Shown here: in pieces, positions 13,701 to 29,175 of the stretch
Layout of the letters: each line of letters starts with the position of its first letter
Numbering within the stretch: the stretch's first letter is position 1
The notes under the pieces: generated by a model
What the model was told of the DNA's origin: nothing
Seen by the model: only the letters and a program-made list of their open reading frames with translations
Databases searched by the model: none
NCBI GenBank assembly: GCA_964057225.1
Contig: OZ059898.1
Span: 12,090,001 to 12,154,000, forward strand
Length of the DNA: 64,000 nucleotides
Source of the DNA: Auanema rhodensis
Lineage: Eukaryota > Animalia > Nematoda
Reading direction: 5' to 3'
Made by a program: the position numbers and the translations under genes

Positions 13701-16700
13701 ATCTGATGACTTAATAAACGAATAGTAATGTCCTCCTGTGGCCGATCCAGAATGTACTACAACTCCTCTGAGAGCATACATGCAATCCGATGGTTCTAAA
13801 CATCAATATTCAAGTAACTTAAACGAGAACGATGTACACATACCATCTTCCATCACAACTTCCTCTATATTATCTCCTGCTGCGTCAGCTTTTGCCGCTG
13901 CTTCAGCTGTGTAGGGTTTCATATCCAAATCAAAGGGAAATTCAACATAGTCATTAAACTTCACAGGAACCTCCTTGTCCCAGTCAAATTTGAATCGTTT
14001 CAGTTGGACTACTAGGATAGGAGGTAATCGCTGAATGGTCAGCCGTTTTACTGCTCGAACCTAAAATTGTCATTTTGAAAACAAGGAACATAACGACTAA
14101 AAAATTACCTTCTTTTGGCATTTTTCGCAGAAATATGCATTATCGTTCTCCAAAACGTCTCCCAGTACATATTCCTTCAATGATTCAAGAAGATTGTTGT
14201 GTGATTGAACATCAATAGAAATGGATGTAAAGGGCTCTTCCCTTGAATATCTATGGGGACAATCTTTGCAAATTTTTTCATCGGCAAACAGTCCTCCAAA
14301 TGTTTTTTCGCATATCTTTTCACTACCCAGAAGCTAAAGTTTAAGTTTATAAAGAATATGTGATTTTTTATAAACATACACTCATTCCTTCATCAACAAA
14401 GTCTACTACCGAATTATAAAATTCCAAAGCATCTTGTTGCTCGTTCAGATGTACCATTTCTTTACACATTCTAAATTAAGCCAATGGAAATTAGGAAGAA
14501 AAATTATGATCTGTACCTGAATGTGCTCCAAAATTCTGATGGAGTATATGAATCGAGCTCATAACCAACAAGGTGAGCGAATACTGATTGTAAAGCTTCT
14601 AGGGCTCTAACAGGATACGAACTAGTGATCTCTTCAGCCTTCTTAGTGTCAGGATCGTTAGAAACTGGTTCAATATTCAATATACAGTTTCGAAGAGACG
14701 GTAACATAAAAATCTAAACAGGATTATATACTTTTTCATACTAAATTTATTCATCTATCACCTGTTGCAAAATAGAATTCATATAGCATGTAGCACCACC
14801 ATTTTTAAGTCCAACGTAATTACCAGCAACTCGCAACGAGAAATCAGGTTGGTAATCCCAAATAAGTCGTTCCAGAGAGCGATCTATAAAAATATAAAAT
14901 GCAGTTGAATCAAAAGGAATACGTACTTCTATAGAACATTTCCATAAACAGTTGCTTAATTAATCTCATATTGGGTTCTGAAGAAGTAGCTAAAGCTACT
15001 AGAACATTATACGCAGCTTTTTGAGACTCTTCTCCTCCACATACAGCAACACATCGATGAGGGATTGGACAAGCACTGTTAGATCTGAGCACAACGCTAT
15101 ACTTGAAACTCACGAAGTAAATAACAAACCTTGGAATACCGTTAAACGCATGCAGATCAAACATCGAAGATGAAGCTGCTGTATGAATTTCTAATGCTGT
15201 TTGAGACCGAGGAATGTCTAATTGTTGAACATAAGCTCTGAAAAGAATTTATATTTTAAGCTTTAATCATATAGTACTACCTGCTGCTGGGAAGCAAGAA
15301 ATGGTTAATCAGAAGTTCAATGAGACGTGAGGAACTCTCAACGCCACCAATCTGAGATTTTTCTTCAGGTGTTAACTGTTCGATTAACAGACAACTGATT
15401 CTGAGTCTTCCAGTGAGTGACACTTCATCAGGAAAGCTGCATTGTTGTTCTTGAGAGATTTTCTGTAAAATTTCCTTTGTTAAAGATAATATCAAAAAAT
15501 AAAATTAAACCTGAGCTTCTTCCAGCCATGTAATACATTGTTGTAAACGAGTTGTTACATTTGGCAGTCTCATTCGCTTATCACAATGTTCAATAATTCT
15601 GAAAATAATACGCATTACCAATCAATAGAGAACTACCAAAAAGTACTTATAAAGAAGTTCCCAGTAAAACTTGGAAGAAGCTACATCAATTATACTAAAT
15701 AATTGTTCCACCATGAAGAGATATACGTGATGCTCCTCTGTATCAAAGCCAAGGTGAACAACAACAAGAGCAATTATCTCAACAGTCCAACAAGCAACAA
15801 GCCTGAATAAATGCTATGCAGTCAAAAATTTAGAAAAAAAATACCTTCGCTCATCAAACATAGTGGCATTCACATAGTCATTCCATTCGGTGGAGACTAA
15901 TACATTTGAACACATATCACTATTAAGAACACAGTAGTAAGCAAATACTTGTGCTCCCGTTATAACCAAAAGATCGCCATCATCATAATCATGAGCACAC
16001 TTGAAAAACATAATTATAACTTCATTAAAATAAAATTTCTTACAATCTCTAATTCCTCCAAATTAGTGTCTTGGAAAATCGATACATGAGCATGTTCTTT
16101 CATTAAAAAGAAAGCTACCTAAAATATAATAACAGATATAATTAATAATATTACTGCCTTTATTCATACCTCCAACAACTCTCGAAGATCATCAGAAGTA
16201 CAGCGACAGTCATTAAGTACTTTGTCAACAAGAAGTAAGTTGGGTTTGTCATGAATGATTCTATTAATGGTCTGGAATAATTATACGATTGATTTTCAGC
16301 CTTAAGTCGATTAACAACCTCTTTCATATAACAGTCAGTTTGTCGAGGTAACTGCTCAGCCATTAGCCGGTACATCTTCTTGTCATACTAAGTAAAAACA
16401 ACTTGAAAAGATAGTTAATAGCAAGAAATACCTTAAGTGAAGCAACTTGTAAAGCAAATAACAACGAGAATGAAAGAATTCTCAAAACAAAATGATATCC
16501 CAAGCCACGCAATTGAGAGTTCTCATCGATAAATATATTCTTAACTAAGATGTTTTTGCAAATCCGTATTCCACCAGCTGAGAAAAAAAGAAGCTGAAAA
16601 AAATTTGAATTTGATAATGATAATGATAACGTTAATACCTGATTGCTATAAGAATTGCTGTTTGATAAATTTGAAGGCAATACAAATTCACTCAGGACCA

Positions 16701-19700
16701 TAAGCGAATAAACTTGTCGAGCAGGAAGTGTTTCATTTTCGATCTGCTTCAAATATTCTTTGAAGGGACCAATAGTGGCTTCTAAGGATCCATATTGTTC
16801 TATCGATGGAGCCTAAACACAAATATATGAAATAGGATATGATTGCAAACTTCTTACTTGTTTTAAACTTGGTACACTACCCAACAGAGCAAAAGCCTGT
16901 TCCGATACTTCTTGATCTTCACCCATTTCAACAAGCCGAACAAGATTTTCACTCTGAGAAGCTAATACAACAGAAAACAATAGAGATTCTTGTAGTTCGC
17001 ACTCTATTCTTCCTGATTTTAGTAAAAATCTGAAGAAGAGAGTATAAAAATCAAAAAAAAAGAATTAATTAGTACGTTGAATCGTCAACCCCTTCGCATC
17101 CTAAGCGATGTTTCTCAGGCTTGGCAAAAACGGTTGCCCTAACATCAAAGCCTAATTCTCTTAAGGTTTGACCCCATTCACTTACTCTGAACGGTTCAAA
17201 ATCTATAATTCAAAGAATAGCAATGAATACACGAAATGACAATGTTTCATACCACTTCCTAATTTTGATACTATTGATAATGAATAAGGGCTGATTACAC
17301 CACCTTGGTTGCATATATATTGACAAATCTGAAACATCTAAGTATCATAGTATTCTTCAAAACACATACTTTTTCAATAAGATCAACTAGGAGCATATTA
17401 TCATGAACATTGAAAGACCTTGGTGAGGCGGCATGTAATGGCATTGGTGGCTTAGGATAAAGTATTTGCATATCATCACCTAAAATAAAACAATAACTAA
17501 GAATTAATCGGATTGCAATGTTAACCTCTGAATTGTATCCTGATCACAAACCCCTTCCCCATAAAGGACCTCCGGAGAACGGGTCTCGATCTAATTGGAA
17601 GTCGGTGGTCTTTCTCATTTGTGTCAACCAATTCAGTTATTGTCTAAAGTATATTAGTATACTAGTACTAGAAGCCAAAACTTCTTACCTGAAGTATTCT
17701 TCTAACTTTCATACCTCTGTGAATTTGATCCAGTTGTGTATTTGCAGGCTTCTGCCACTCTTCATTCAAAACTTTCATACTAAAAATCATAAAAATCATA
17801 AAAAAATTACCTTAAAAAAACAAACCATTTCGAAACAACAGCACGAGCATATTCAGGTCTATGCTGCTCTACAGAAGGAGAAGAAAACAAACAAACATAT
17901 AAGTTTGAAGCTAATGATTGCACGTTTTCATTCCCGTATATTATTAACTGCCAAATATAATCCTCACCCTGACGCAAACCAAATTAGATATAACTTAGAA
18001 ATTTGGTAACAAACCAGTATATTCGTTTTAGTTAAGAAGCAATTTCTCTCCATTTCTTCATGATCTTCGCGAAAGATCATATTGAAGAGAGCTATATTTG
18101 TTTTCTTTAAGAATGCTTCGAAACAATGGAATCCAGGTACGGATAACAATTTAGGATCCAAAGTTAGCACATTATCTGAAAAAACAATATAAATATTTTA
18201 CACCAAGAAAAAACTTACTTTCAAAAAAGTTGCGAATATTGTCAACTTGTTTAAACAAGCAATCACTAGATGTACACATCAAGTCTGTAAATAGTCGAAA
18301 ACCTATATCTTGAATTCCCGGATATGTTGATCCAATGACTGATTTCCATAATGTATTAATCTTGAAAAGGTGGATGCTGATTCAGCAAAGTAAGTTACAA
18401 CAAACCCAATCTGGATCGGAAATATTTTCTCTCAACCGTTCTGCACATAATGCAAGATCCGAATAATAAAACTTCAGAAACTCGAACTGAACAACTAAGC
18501 CGCGAGAAATATGAATGGCATTCTCATCATCTGACTTGCTCCCAGAAGAAACAGTAGAAACAGATGTCTATACACAACTTGTTTACAAATATAAATGAAG
18601 AAATTAACTTACACATATTTCATTAGGTAGTGAATTAACTGATTTGGTAATGTTTGAAGCAATGGCATCACAAAAAGATTTACCGAACAAACGATGGATG
18701 TGTTGTTCAACACGTTTCAGTAATTCAATTCTAGAGAAAAAAATTAGTGTAACAAATACATAAAATATTTTCATACTTCAGAGTTGTAGGACTTGATTTG
18801 TTCGGTTTAGATTCACTGTAGCAAAGAATCAATTTTTTACATAATGCTACAGAACTGGCAATCAAACCTAAAAAAACAAAATGTTTTAAGTTAAAGAGTG
18901 GCCGTTTACCATCAGGTGTTTCATCATTACAAATATCCTCTGCACATTTCAGAATATATTCTGGTAATAACGTTGTTTTACCGAACATATCTACGAAAGC
19001 TTCTTCTAATACATCGAATAAAACGTCGTGCATCTATAAATGAAATAAGAAGAAAATGTGGCTATTTAGATACTCCAACCTTAGCTTGAAACTCTTGATT
19101 CTCTATAGAATCTTCAGTTCTACTTTGTTTCCAGAGGAAATTCGTAACTCTTGATATCATATCGTGGTTTGACTGATCAAACCCAACGCGTCGTAATAAC
19201 TCAACTATGTTTATCCTATCTTTACTATCTCCAGTAATCCAGGAAACCTTAATAGCAAGAATAAAACAAAAAAGTGATTTTAATGATAACCTGTAGCATA
19301 GAAAAAAATCCATCGGCAATGGAAGCGCTGAAATGTCCTGCTAGTCTTGCAGTTAGAATTTGAACATTTCGTTGAATGACTTCATGCTTTCCCTAGAATA
19401 CATTTAATTACACATTAAAAATTATATTAAAGGAAGCACCTTTTGAGAGTTCCAAATTATGTTAAGAACACTATCCATGAGTAATTGTCTGTCAAACAGA
19501 TCAGCCATCACTTTCTCGACTCTAAAAGTAGAGTATAAATATAGAACGTTTCGCACACAATGAACCTGTCAATGTAAGCAACATGATGAAGGTTGTCTTT
19601 ATACATAGCTTCAACTAGCCCAAATTCTTCTATTTTTATCTGCAATTAAAAAATATCAATAAAAAAAATAAAATATAAGAATATCACTTCTAAATGTCCA

Positions 19701-21520
19701 ATATCTAAATGACAACCTAAGATATCATTTGTGCTGCACTTCAAAAAGCGATACAATTCCTCTAAAGCACTCATTCGAGTATTAAAGGAAGACTCAGCAA
19801 TGATTCTAGAAATTAGAAGTAATTAATAGGGATAAGGGAAATAGCATTACCCCTTCAGAAAACCAAGTTTAAAAACATCTAAATTCTTTATCATATCCTG
19901 ATCGAAAACGTCATGGTATTGATATATACTGCATTTGCAAAACTAAAATTTTTTTAAGTAAATATATGCTTGATAATAAACACTAACCGAGAATAACGTT
20001 AGATAAGGAGACTCTCTAATATCTCCTTTGATCTTTTCACATTCGAAATCTTTCTCACTGCAAGCACACAAGCGGTGATACGCTTCGAGCTGAAACAAAA
20101 TGATTACAAAATAAAGTGATTTTTTCAAAAAACTCACAACATAAGGTTTGATGAATTGTCTTACTACACTAGGCTGTAAAACAGGTAACATGCCTGTCAA
20201 CCAACTAAAATAAAAAAATATATAGTTTGTTTAAAAGTTGAAACAAACGAAAAATATAACGATAGAATAGAAATAGGCGTCTGTGGGGTTATGAAAGATT
20301 CGAAAAATCTTTCCACCGTTTCAAACCCATGACTTTGAGCAAACCAAAGAACTACAGCTTGAAACCAATGCTAAATGAAAAAATAAAATTCAAAATATGG
20401 AAAAATAACAAACGTGAGAGTCTAGTTCACGACAATAACAATGCAACTTTGAAAGATCAAGATCACCAGGGACAACTTGCATTATAGAATTTAATGAATT
20501 CGTTGAAATTCTTTGATAGAACCTGGACAACACAGCTATGTTTTAAAATATAAAAAAATGATACTCACCTAGCATGTACATTAAACAAAATACTTAATAT
20601 TAACCAGAACTCTGCGAGCACTTCATCTTGTTCAGAAATATTCTTCAACTTGGTAATAAAGAGAGTGACGAAACGAAAAGCACAGCTCATAACTTTCTCC
20701 TGAAACCACACATATAATAAAATACAAATTAATATTAACTTACAAACTGCTCCATCGTCATGCCTGGATCGTCATTATAAATATTCCGTAAAATTGGAAA
20801 TATAACTTGCTGTAACATTCCCTGCATTTGTTGTAGCCCATTTTCATTAGAAGTGTCAAGTCCTGCAACATATCAAAATGAGTATTATCACTACAAATAT
20901 GTAAAACCTCTCTCAATCATTTCAGTAAGCTTATCCATGGATGTAATGAGCATATTATTAGGCAGGATTAGCGTGCTCCAACGACTTGTGGAATTACTAC
21001 ATTTAAAAATTCATTTTAAAAAAGATAATCGAATAAAACTAACCATTGTCTTTCGGATTGTCCCAGCAACTTTTGATAGACATTCCAATCTATTAAATCA
21101 TCTTCCGTAATAATTCCACTCCCAGCACTAGTTGAACTACTGCTTCGACTATCACCTGAGAAGCTTTCAGGATCGCGTTCTAAAAAAACAAGAAAAATAA
21201 AACATATTATTTCGAACTTACTGATTTGTGAACGCATCCCCATGCCATATTCAAAAGTGGATTCGTCCATCAAGTCACTCTGAAGCAAAATATATTATTT
21301 TAATAAGACAATTTAAAAACAAAAACCTCTATTATATCTGCTTCATTCCAGCGCGTTGGGTTAACACTACTTCTAAAATATTCCAAATATTTGCAATTTA
21401 ATTAAACTTCGAAACGTAATTAAGAATTCAAACATACACTGTTCTCGTGAGCTGAGAAACACTATCGACAGGCTGAAATTCATCATTATCGCTCACTGAA
21501 CCCGAATCCGGCTCCTTCAT
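10705..21520 (-). CDS. Large ubiquitin-specific protease, USP9X/USP24 (fat facets) family, many short introns
   Basis: Cys box [19 protein letters not shown] (~14762-14825), [16 protein letters not shown], His box [29 protein letters not shown], and [11 protein letters not shown] (USP9X-like). Long helical N-terminal region. Start [10 protein letters not shown] at 21520; last exon ...[14 protein letters not shown] ends at 10705. Confidence 0.9.
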
Positions 21521-24500
21521 ATCATGAGTATCTTGAAAAAAAAATGACTTTAAAAAATGAAAGTGAAAACGAAATTATAATAAGGAAATAGAAGCGGAAA
21601 CAGCTGATTCCTATCAAAAACGCACATTGAAAGGGTGTAAAAAGAGTATAATCGATTTACGCTAAAGAGACGACGAAATCTTGATATACATGCATTCACG
21701 TAGAAATATAAATATATGTTTTAAGCTAATAAAAAAACATTTTAAAAAATGAAAAAATCTTTAAAAGTGCCAAAATCAAACTTCAAACCGGTTAGTGAAC
21801 TTTCAAAATCATGCGTTCAGTGAAGATATCGAGTAAAACATGTCGTGCGAACATGACGAGAAATGGCACTTCTTCGCCTGCACATTATTGATGAATGACA
21901 ACCATGCTAATTGTTGGCCTTTTCTTTCTTTTCCTACGCATAATTATATGTAACACAGCTTACATATTCAATAATATGATGACATTTTGTAATAAAACAA
22001 TAATAATATAACGCTTTTGAATTGATGTGATGTTGAAGTTATTTTTAAATTCAATGAACAACCGCTCACGGGTGTTATTGTTTAGAAATGATGACGGCTT
22101 AATTTAACTTTCACGTGAACTTGCACGAATTTTATGTGCATTTTAAGTAAATTGGTGAGCGAAATCGGTTGTAAATGAAAAGTGCTGATGCCCGCCGGAT
22201 ATAAGCTCAATATAGCTTGCACAATCATTCATACTGTTATAAGGATTAATCATTTTTACATATAACAAAGGCGTGAATGTCTATCGCCAAATTAAATAAT
22301 ATGCGAAGGTGTTATCTGTTAAGTAAAAATAATAATTTATGTCCACTTGAAATGACAAGAAAAGCGTGGTAAAGACAGTAGCGAACAGAAAGAGATGAGA
22401 AATGATAATGTGAAGAAAGGTTTTGATATTTTAATCAATTGGATGACTGTAAATGTTTTTTTCTTTGCTGATTGTTAATTGCTTTTTTTTGACAAACAAT
22501 ATCTTCATCAGTGGGCAATATTGATCATTTGAAGAGTTTTCACATACATAATTTTTGGTAGGCGTATTGAATATGAAACAGTAAAAAATAAATTGATATA
22601 TACATATATATATAAATGCGTATGTATTCATTAATACATGTATGCATGACGTAAAACTATTGTAAGATTCAACCAGCCGTTTCAATATTCTTCATATATT
22701 TTATCAGTCGCAATTTGAGCAGTGAAGCACAAATTAGGAAGTAAGTGTTAGGAGCAGGATGCGAGAGTATGGACATGAAGCAGAAAAGAAAATATATTGA
22801 GATGAAGAGATAATGAAAGCTATGAAATAGAACTGTGATGAAAGAGTGTGGTCAGAGCACGAATAAGAGACAGAAAGATCAGTTGAAAACGGAGAGATTT
22901 TGAAAGAATAATAAGGCATTCAAGGAAAGTAAGAGAGAAAAGAGTAAGGGTGAATGAAAGAGGTAGGGGATTCTAAAATGTGAGAAAGATTGAGAGAAGG
23001 GCAACGACATAGAGTGAATAAGAGAGAATATGGAAGATATTGCATAAGGCAGAGGTTGGAGAGTAAAGTAAAATAAAATAAGAAAGAAGAATTGGAAAAA
23101 CAAGAAAAATATTGCGTTTATTGATATATGTGTATGTGTATATTAAGAGAATAAAACAAAAGAAAAAAAAACTAAAAGCTGAAATGGTTATGGAAGTGAA
23201 GAATGAAAATGTTTATGACGGCAAGAATGTCGGGCGAGGTAAGCATAGAAATAGACAGATTGACTACGTAGGAGATCCCACGAGAGCTTATTTGATGTTT
23301 CAACTTGCAGTGGCATTAATAAAATTGACTAGTATAACTATAAATGGATAGCACAATATGGGAAAATAAGAAGGAAGCGTTGCGTAGCAAATTAGCAAGG
23401 CATACACTCAGAACATACTTATAATAGTGAGCATGATCCGAGTTAAAAATCACATTTGTATGTGCAACAAAAGGATTAAAACTTGACAATTGTATAGTTA
23501 GCGTTATATAAAATAGTATGAACTAATGGCAGCCACGTCTAACTTCCCTTTCACGCACCAATGCTTCTTCCGGCAGCGATGCCTCCTCTTTCTCTCTTTC
23601 GTTTCTAATATAGAAGACTATGATTCTGCTATAGGCTTCTACCTTATGCATGTATGCTGTGATCTAGTCCCCTATTTAATTTTTGACATCCATAGCATTT
23701 CAAGACGTTTTCGATCCGCTGTCTCGAAGTTCAAGTATCAGCTCGAAGCAGCTCAATGAAGATCTAACAAGGGGAAAATTACGGTGAAAATCCGATATTT
23801 CCGAAGTAGAAACACATAAAAGCAGTTGAATTGGATAATATATGTGAGCCTTGGAAAGACTGTCGATTCCATGAAAATCTTTAGATTTCAGACTTCAAGA
23901 AATATCTCTCAGAATTAAAATAAATCCTCCTTCGCCTTTTTCACAAACAATTTAAGGAGTGAGAAGTTGAAAACTACTTTAAGCAAATAGAGCATGTAAC
24001 ACTTTTTGTGAGCAATTCGTCTCTTCTCGTACCGTTCCTGTTCACCCAGACTTTGACTTTTCTCGGGACAAAGAAAAACGTGGAGGACAAGGATCATCCA
24101 AATTTAGAGTTTTCGTCTGCATATCTTTATTTTTCATGTGTTATTATTATTTTTTGTTAACATGAAATAAGTTATCCTTGGAATATGTTTGTTACAAATT
24201 ATCAGAGAATGTGCTCGTGGATTCAAGATATGATTAGTGAACGTAATTTAAAAAAACTAATAGTTTCTTAAACTTTGAACTGTAAGTTTTTAACTACATG
24301 GTTCATGTTTTAGTGAGTTCTTTCTAAATGAAGAGACCATACATGAGTAATAACTGGCTAGGAATCTTTGCTTTCAATAATCTTTTCCTGCATTCTGTTG
24401 TAACAGTCATCTCATTCAAGTCTGCTATTCATATTTTCCTGTTTCAATTTGTTTGGCTCTCTCCATTATTCTCCTTTTCGAAGTTATTAAGAGTCCCTCA

Positions 24501-25225
24501 TCAGTTTCTGTTTCGCGCGGTCATTCTCAACAAATTTCATATATTTCTTTTCCCTTAGAGCATCTTGTTTTCTTTTCTATCAACGCTCTGACCTCTTCTC
24601 TCACTCCACGACGGTCATCCACTCTGTGCTGTTCCTATTCAAGCCCACCCTAGAGCACTTTGTTTGTCCTCAACCTGCTCAACGACTTCCAGCCAGTAGC
24701 AGCTTCGCTGACACCTGCTAATTCCCACTTTGTTTGATGTTTCAAACATGTCAAATCTTTCTGTCCAATTATTTCAAAACCCATAGAAGAAACATTTGTG
24801 CTCAATTTCGTTCCATAATGACACTCCTCCGATCATTCTTCTCGTTTGAACTGTCGAACGAGTGATCAAAGCTACATCTCTTCTCTTCAGTCATAATCTA
24901 AGATACATATTCAATTTTTTTCTCGCTTTATATGTTTGTACCGCGTCAAACTACATACATGCTTCGAAAATATGTGTAGTTATTATAATATTTTGTTCTA
25001 AATTTGATAAATCGATGAAATATTAACAACATTAAGAATAATTTATTAGAACGTACATCTTTTTTTTTCAGCGAATGTTTAAAGTTTTACGGGTTTTCGT
25101 TTTCATTTCGTTAGTTGCTGCTCAAAACAGAGCAGTGGTGAGTGTTTCTTTATAATTTCCTTTGTTTCAAAAATCAAGTTCAACAATATCAATATCATCT
25201 ATATTGGTGATAGTTCAATAAAAAA

Positions 25226-26454
25226 ATGAGCATAGATATACTTAATCAGAAAAAAATGGAGAGTGAGAAGAATAGTGAAGTATATCCACTCATGCATCCC
25301 ATTCTGTTTTTTTTTCAAATTTTCTTCTATTTACAGAGAAGTGCAGCAATCAGCAACTTATCCGAAGAAACATCCAATATACTTGGAGGTAAGCAGACAC
25401 AATTTTATTTTGATAGATAGAGCGAACTTGATAACAAACTGTAAACTTGATAACATAGATATGCTCAAGTTTTCCCAACAAACATCAAACATTATCCTAA
25501 AATTGGTCCTGTCGTCACTTTTTTTCAGTTTTAAATCGTCTTTCCATTCTTTTGTATGTATTTTGCAAATACATGTGCATGTTTGTACATTTCTGTAATA
25601 TAATCTTAAGTAATCGTGTGTAAGACTAAAACTGAAAAAAGGGTGGAAAGAAAGAAAACAGAAGTTTGAGGATACTGATTGCTACTTAACGAATGCTCTA
25701 TGCGCAGACACGGATGCGAGAGAAGAAAAAACCTAAACAGAAGCAAAATGACCGAAACCCGTAAAGAAAATATTTTTAATCTTCTTGATGCTTTCTTTGT
25801 CGCCGTCGTTATCGTCTTCAAAATTTCCAAAAGAAATCTTTTGTCAAAATACAGCAAAGTGGTTCTTTTCTTTGAAAGCTCTATTTGGTAATTGACAAAT
25901 CAGATACTTTGTCAACCAGATGTTCAAACTTTTATGAGCTGTAAAAAAGAGATTTTTTTTACATTTTCATGACCAAATGAATTATTTTTCATGAATTAGT
26001 CAGAAAATGTCTTCGAACAAACAATGCTTTGACAATTATGGTCTTTCCCAGCATTATAGTTTTTTTCTCAAATCAATTCTTAACTATGTTGAGAAAAACA
26101 CTAAAAAGGTTCAAAAAAAGGTCAACTTTATTTAGTTTTAATATGTTTTTTTTGATTATTCTGACAGTCTAAATAAATACCGAGAAATAGGAACATGGCC
26201 TTTAGTGCTGTGTCGTTGAAGCTGAAACAAGGGATTCAACAATACCTCACATAATATTAGAACAGCAACTGTGAAATAATAATTATTTTTCAGAATTCAT
26301 CTCAGCTATTAATCCTATCTACTTTGTCATTCTTGGAGTTTTAGTAGTAGCTGGCTGTGCTTTTGAAATAGCTTATGGTAGCCGAAAGGGAACCAATCGT
26401 TCAACTCATGTAGCTAGCAGACATGCTGCCTCATTTGGACTACGAACAGCATAA
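25226..26454 (+). CDS. Putative small single-pass membrane protein (~78-88 aa), 3 exons
   Basis: Exons 25226(or 25256)-25279, 25337-25388 and 26294-26454, with canonical gtatat/ttacag and gtaagc/tttcag sites, give MESEKNSERSAAISNLSEETSNILGEFISAINPIYFVILGVLVVAGCAFEIAYGSRKGTNRSTHVASRHAASFGLRTA*. Confidence 0.5.
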
Positions 26455-27159
26455 ACAACACCTGTGAAGCTTTTAAGAAACTTCACTAACTGCTAACATT
26501 CCATTTGATTGATTTATTCTGTAGATGAAGGGTACAGCTTTATTTATTGTTGGGGAATTTTTGTGATAATTTCAAAAATTTTGAAAAGTATTTATATAAA
26601 AAAGTGAAGCTTCTCTACACGAAAGCATGCAATTAAACATTTCAAATGTTGAATAATACATATATAGCATAGTTTTATATTGTTTTATACAAATATATAT
26701 ATATATATATATTTTATAGATGAGTTATAATAAAGCTTTATCTTTCAATCTAGAATTTTTTTTTCAATAGTAAAAAGAAAAACGAAAACTCTTTTAACAA
26801 CCTAATTTCATCAACTGTAATTACCACATAAAGTACATTACATATTTGTATTTGTTATTTAATTATATAATTATAGAATTCTAATGGGAATTCGATTTCA
26901 ATTTACGGTTGAGATCTGTTCTCGTTGAGTGTCTCAAACGGAGCACTTGAGATTAACATTGTTGAGAAGAAGCAATCAGAGAAATCAGGCCAATTTGTGA
27001 CCATATCTTTTTTCATATTCTCTATCTTATCTTATGAGATTCTTAATGGGGTTTCTGGAACCTTATCTGCTAACCTTGCAACATGCAGGAACCTTATCTT
27101 CTAACCTGGTGGTGGAGTACCCCAGATTGAGATCAGGACTGGGTATCTCTTTCTACGTA

Positions 27160-27231
27160 GCGTTCGTGGTGTAATGGTCAGCATGGATGCCTTCCAAGCA
27201 TTCGACGGGGGTTCGATTCCCCCCGAACGCA
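27160..27231 (+). tRNA. tRNA-Gly(TCC), solo copy
   Basis: GCGTTCG/CGAACGC acceptor stem, TCC anticodon in CTTCCAA, GGTTCGATTCC B box, T-run terminator. Confidence 0.97.
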
Positions 27232-27364
27232 TACCTTTTGGTTATTTTTATAATATCACTGTTTGTACTATGTACTAATATAATAATAAATATTAATTCA
27301 AATTTACATTCTAAGTAATAAACATAACAGTGAGTTCATTTGACTTGATTATCTGTAAAAATCT

Positions 27365-29175
27365 TTAGTTTATTGTTTTTTTAATGGCTACAGTACTGTC
27401 GAAAAATAACTGAAGTCCTTTAAAGTAATCATCAGCTTCCAGATTATTATTCACAACAATTTTTTTCTTCATACGTAGTTGTGCAGCGATAAGTGAAGGA
27501 AGAATAATGGAATAAATTGGAGCCTAAAAAGAGTTTAACCATGATCGTTGAAATCCATAAAATTGAATTACCTCAAATATTACTTCTGAGAAAATTATTA
27601 AATGAGCACGTGATATACTTTTCGTTACCTAGAAAATGAAATATTTAACCTTATCATGCTTTTATTTTAATATATTTCTAATATAATATAAATATATAAA
27701 TATATAAATCTAAATCTGAAAATATATATGATTATATCATACGTACCAAATCATGGAAAGTCATTACTAATGTTGTTGGTGCTATACTGAGAAAATTACA
27801 AACGGTTACAGGTAGAAGTGTACGGAGTGTTTTTTTGTTTTCTTTAATCTAAAATAATAATAATTGTATAATTTTATAAATTAAATTTATAAATCTAATT
27901 TCTAACTTGATATCTAGCAGCTAATTGTCCACCGTTTTTATGAATTTTCTTGAATTGAATGTGATTTAATCTATAAGCTAACAACATCACGCTGATGGCT
28001 GATATTTGGGCTATTGAAGATATCAAACATGAAATCTGAAAATCATAAAACTCAAATTTGTGAAATTACAATGAAATCAATAGCGCATTGAAGCCAATAG
28101 AATGTGCAGTACCTTATATCGAGGAGCTGTCTCTGGCTGATCAGCTGTGAAATTTGCAGCATATTGTTCAAGATCAACGCCTGGTATGAGTAAAACAAAA
28201 CTGCACAAAACAGCTAATATAACCTGAATTTTTGATTGAATCAGTTGAAAATTGAAAAAAAAATCTTACACAGCAGATACCAAGTAGCCATCCTATTTTC
28301 GAAGATTTTATTTTTTCATATTTGGTTGGAAAAAGAGTTGCATACAATCTTTCCAAACTTTGAAATAACAAAGTAAAACATTGGGCATGTACGCATAACA
28401 CAACAGGTGTACGAATAAATAAAGAAAACCCAGAGCTGAGTACAAAATCACAAGGATTAGTACTTCTTTTAAAAAATGATCTAAATACTTTTTTAAACTT
28501 ATTCTTTTTTTATAATTTTAAAAATAATTTTGAAATATATTTAGATATTCAAACAGGTAATTCACAGTTAGTCGTTAAAAACGAGAATCTTGTTCAAGAA
28601 TATTCTTATTAGAATAAATATTCACATTTTAAATAACAAGTTTTGAAATAGCTAAATTAAGATTTCGCCTACTCAATTCCCTAAAGGGAGGTTTTTATAT
28701 CATATAATTAAGATAAGAATTTATATACAATTTACATATATGTTTGTATACATTTATGTATAATTCTATATATTTTTTAATTAATTAATTATTATATTAT
28801 TTATTTCAAAATATATTTTATAATTACAAAATAAATACCTATAAATTTCCAAACTATATTGTCCAAGTAATGCAAAAGGTAAACAAATAACAAAAATCAT
28901 ATGAAAGCCATAAAGAACTTGAACATTTCTATTGACTAAGAACTTAGTACCCTTAAATTTTGATTTAATAAGTAACAAAATATTTAATTTAATATGAATA
29001 CTAAAATTAAACTAACTTTTCGAAGGAATACAACTAAACTTATTACAACAGCTACAATACATATGATGAATTTACATAATATAAGACATTTATAATAAAT
29101 ATTTTCTAAATATTCTATAGCTGTTAGACACAGTTGATTTGGAATATCAGGATCTGACATATCAACCACTTCCAT
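27365..29175 (-). CDS. Serpentine chemoreceptor, srab/sra class (copy 1)
   Basis: N-terminal Cys (NQLCLTA), VNRNVQVLYGFH, NPCDF, LERLYATLFPTKYE, LAARYQIKENKKTL, C-terminal DDYFKGLQLFF; multi-exon. Confidence 0.85.

Noticed and set aside
24300-24900. Slightly GC-richer stretch resembling decayed coding or retroelement sequence
   Set aside because: No convincing RT, endonuclease or transposase motif in any frame
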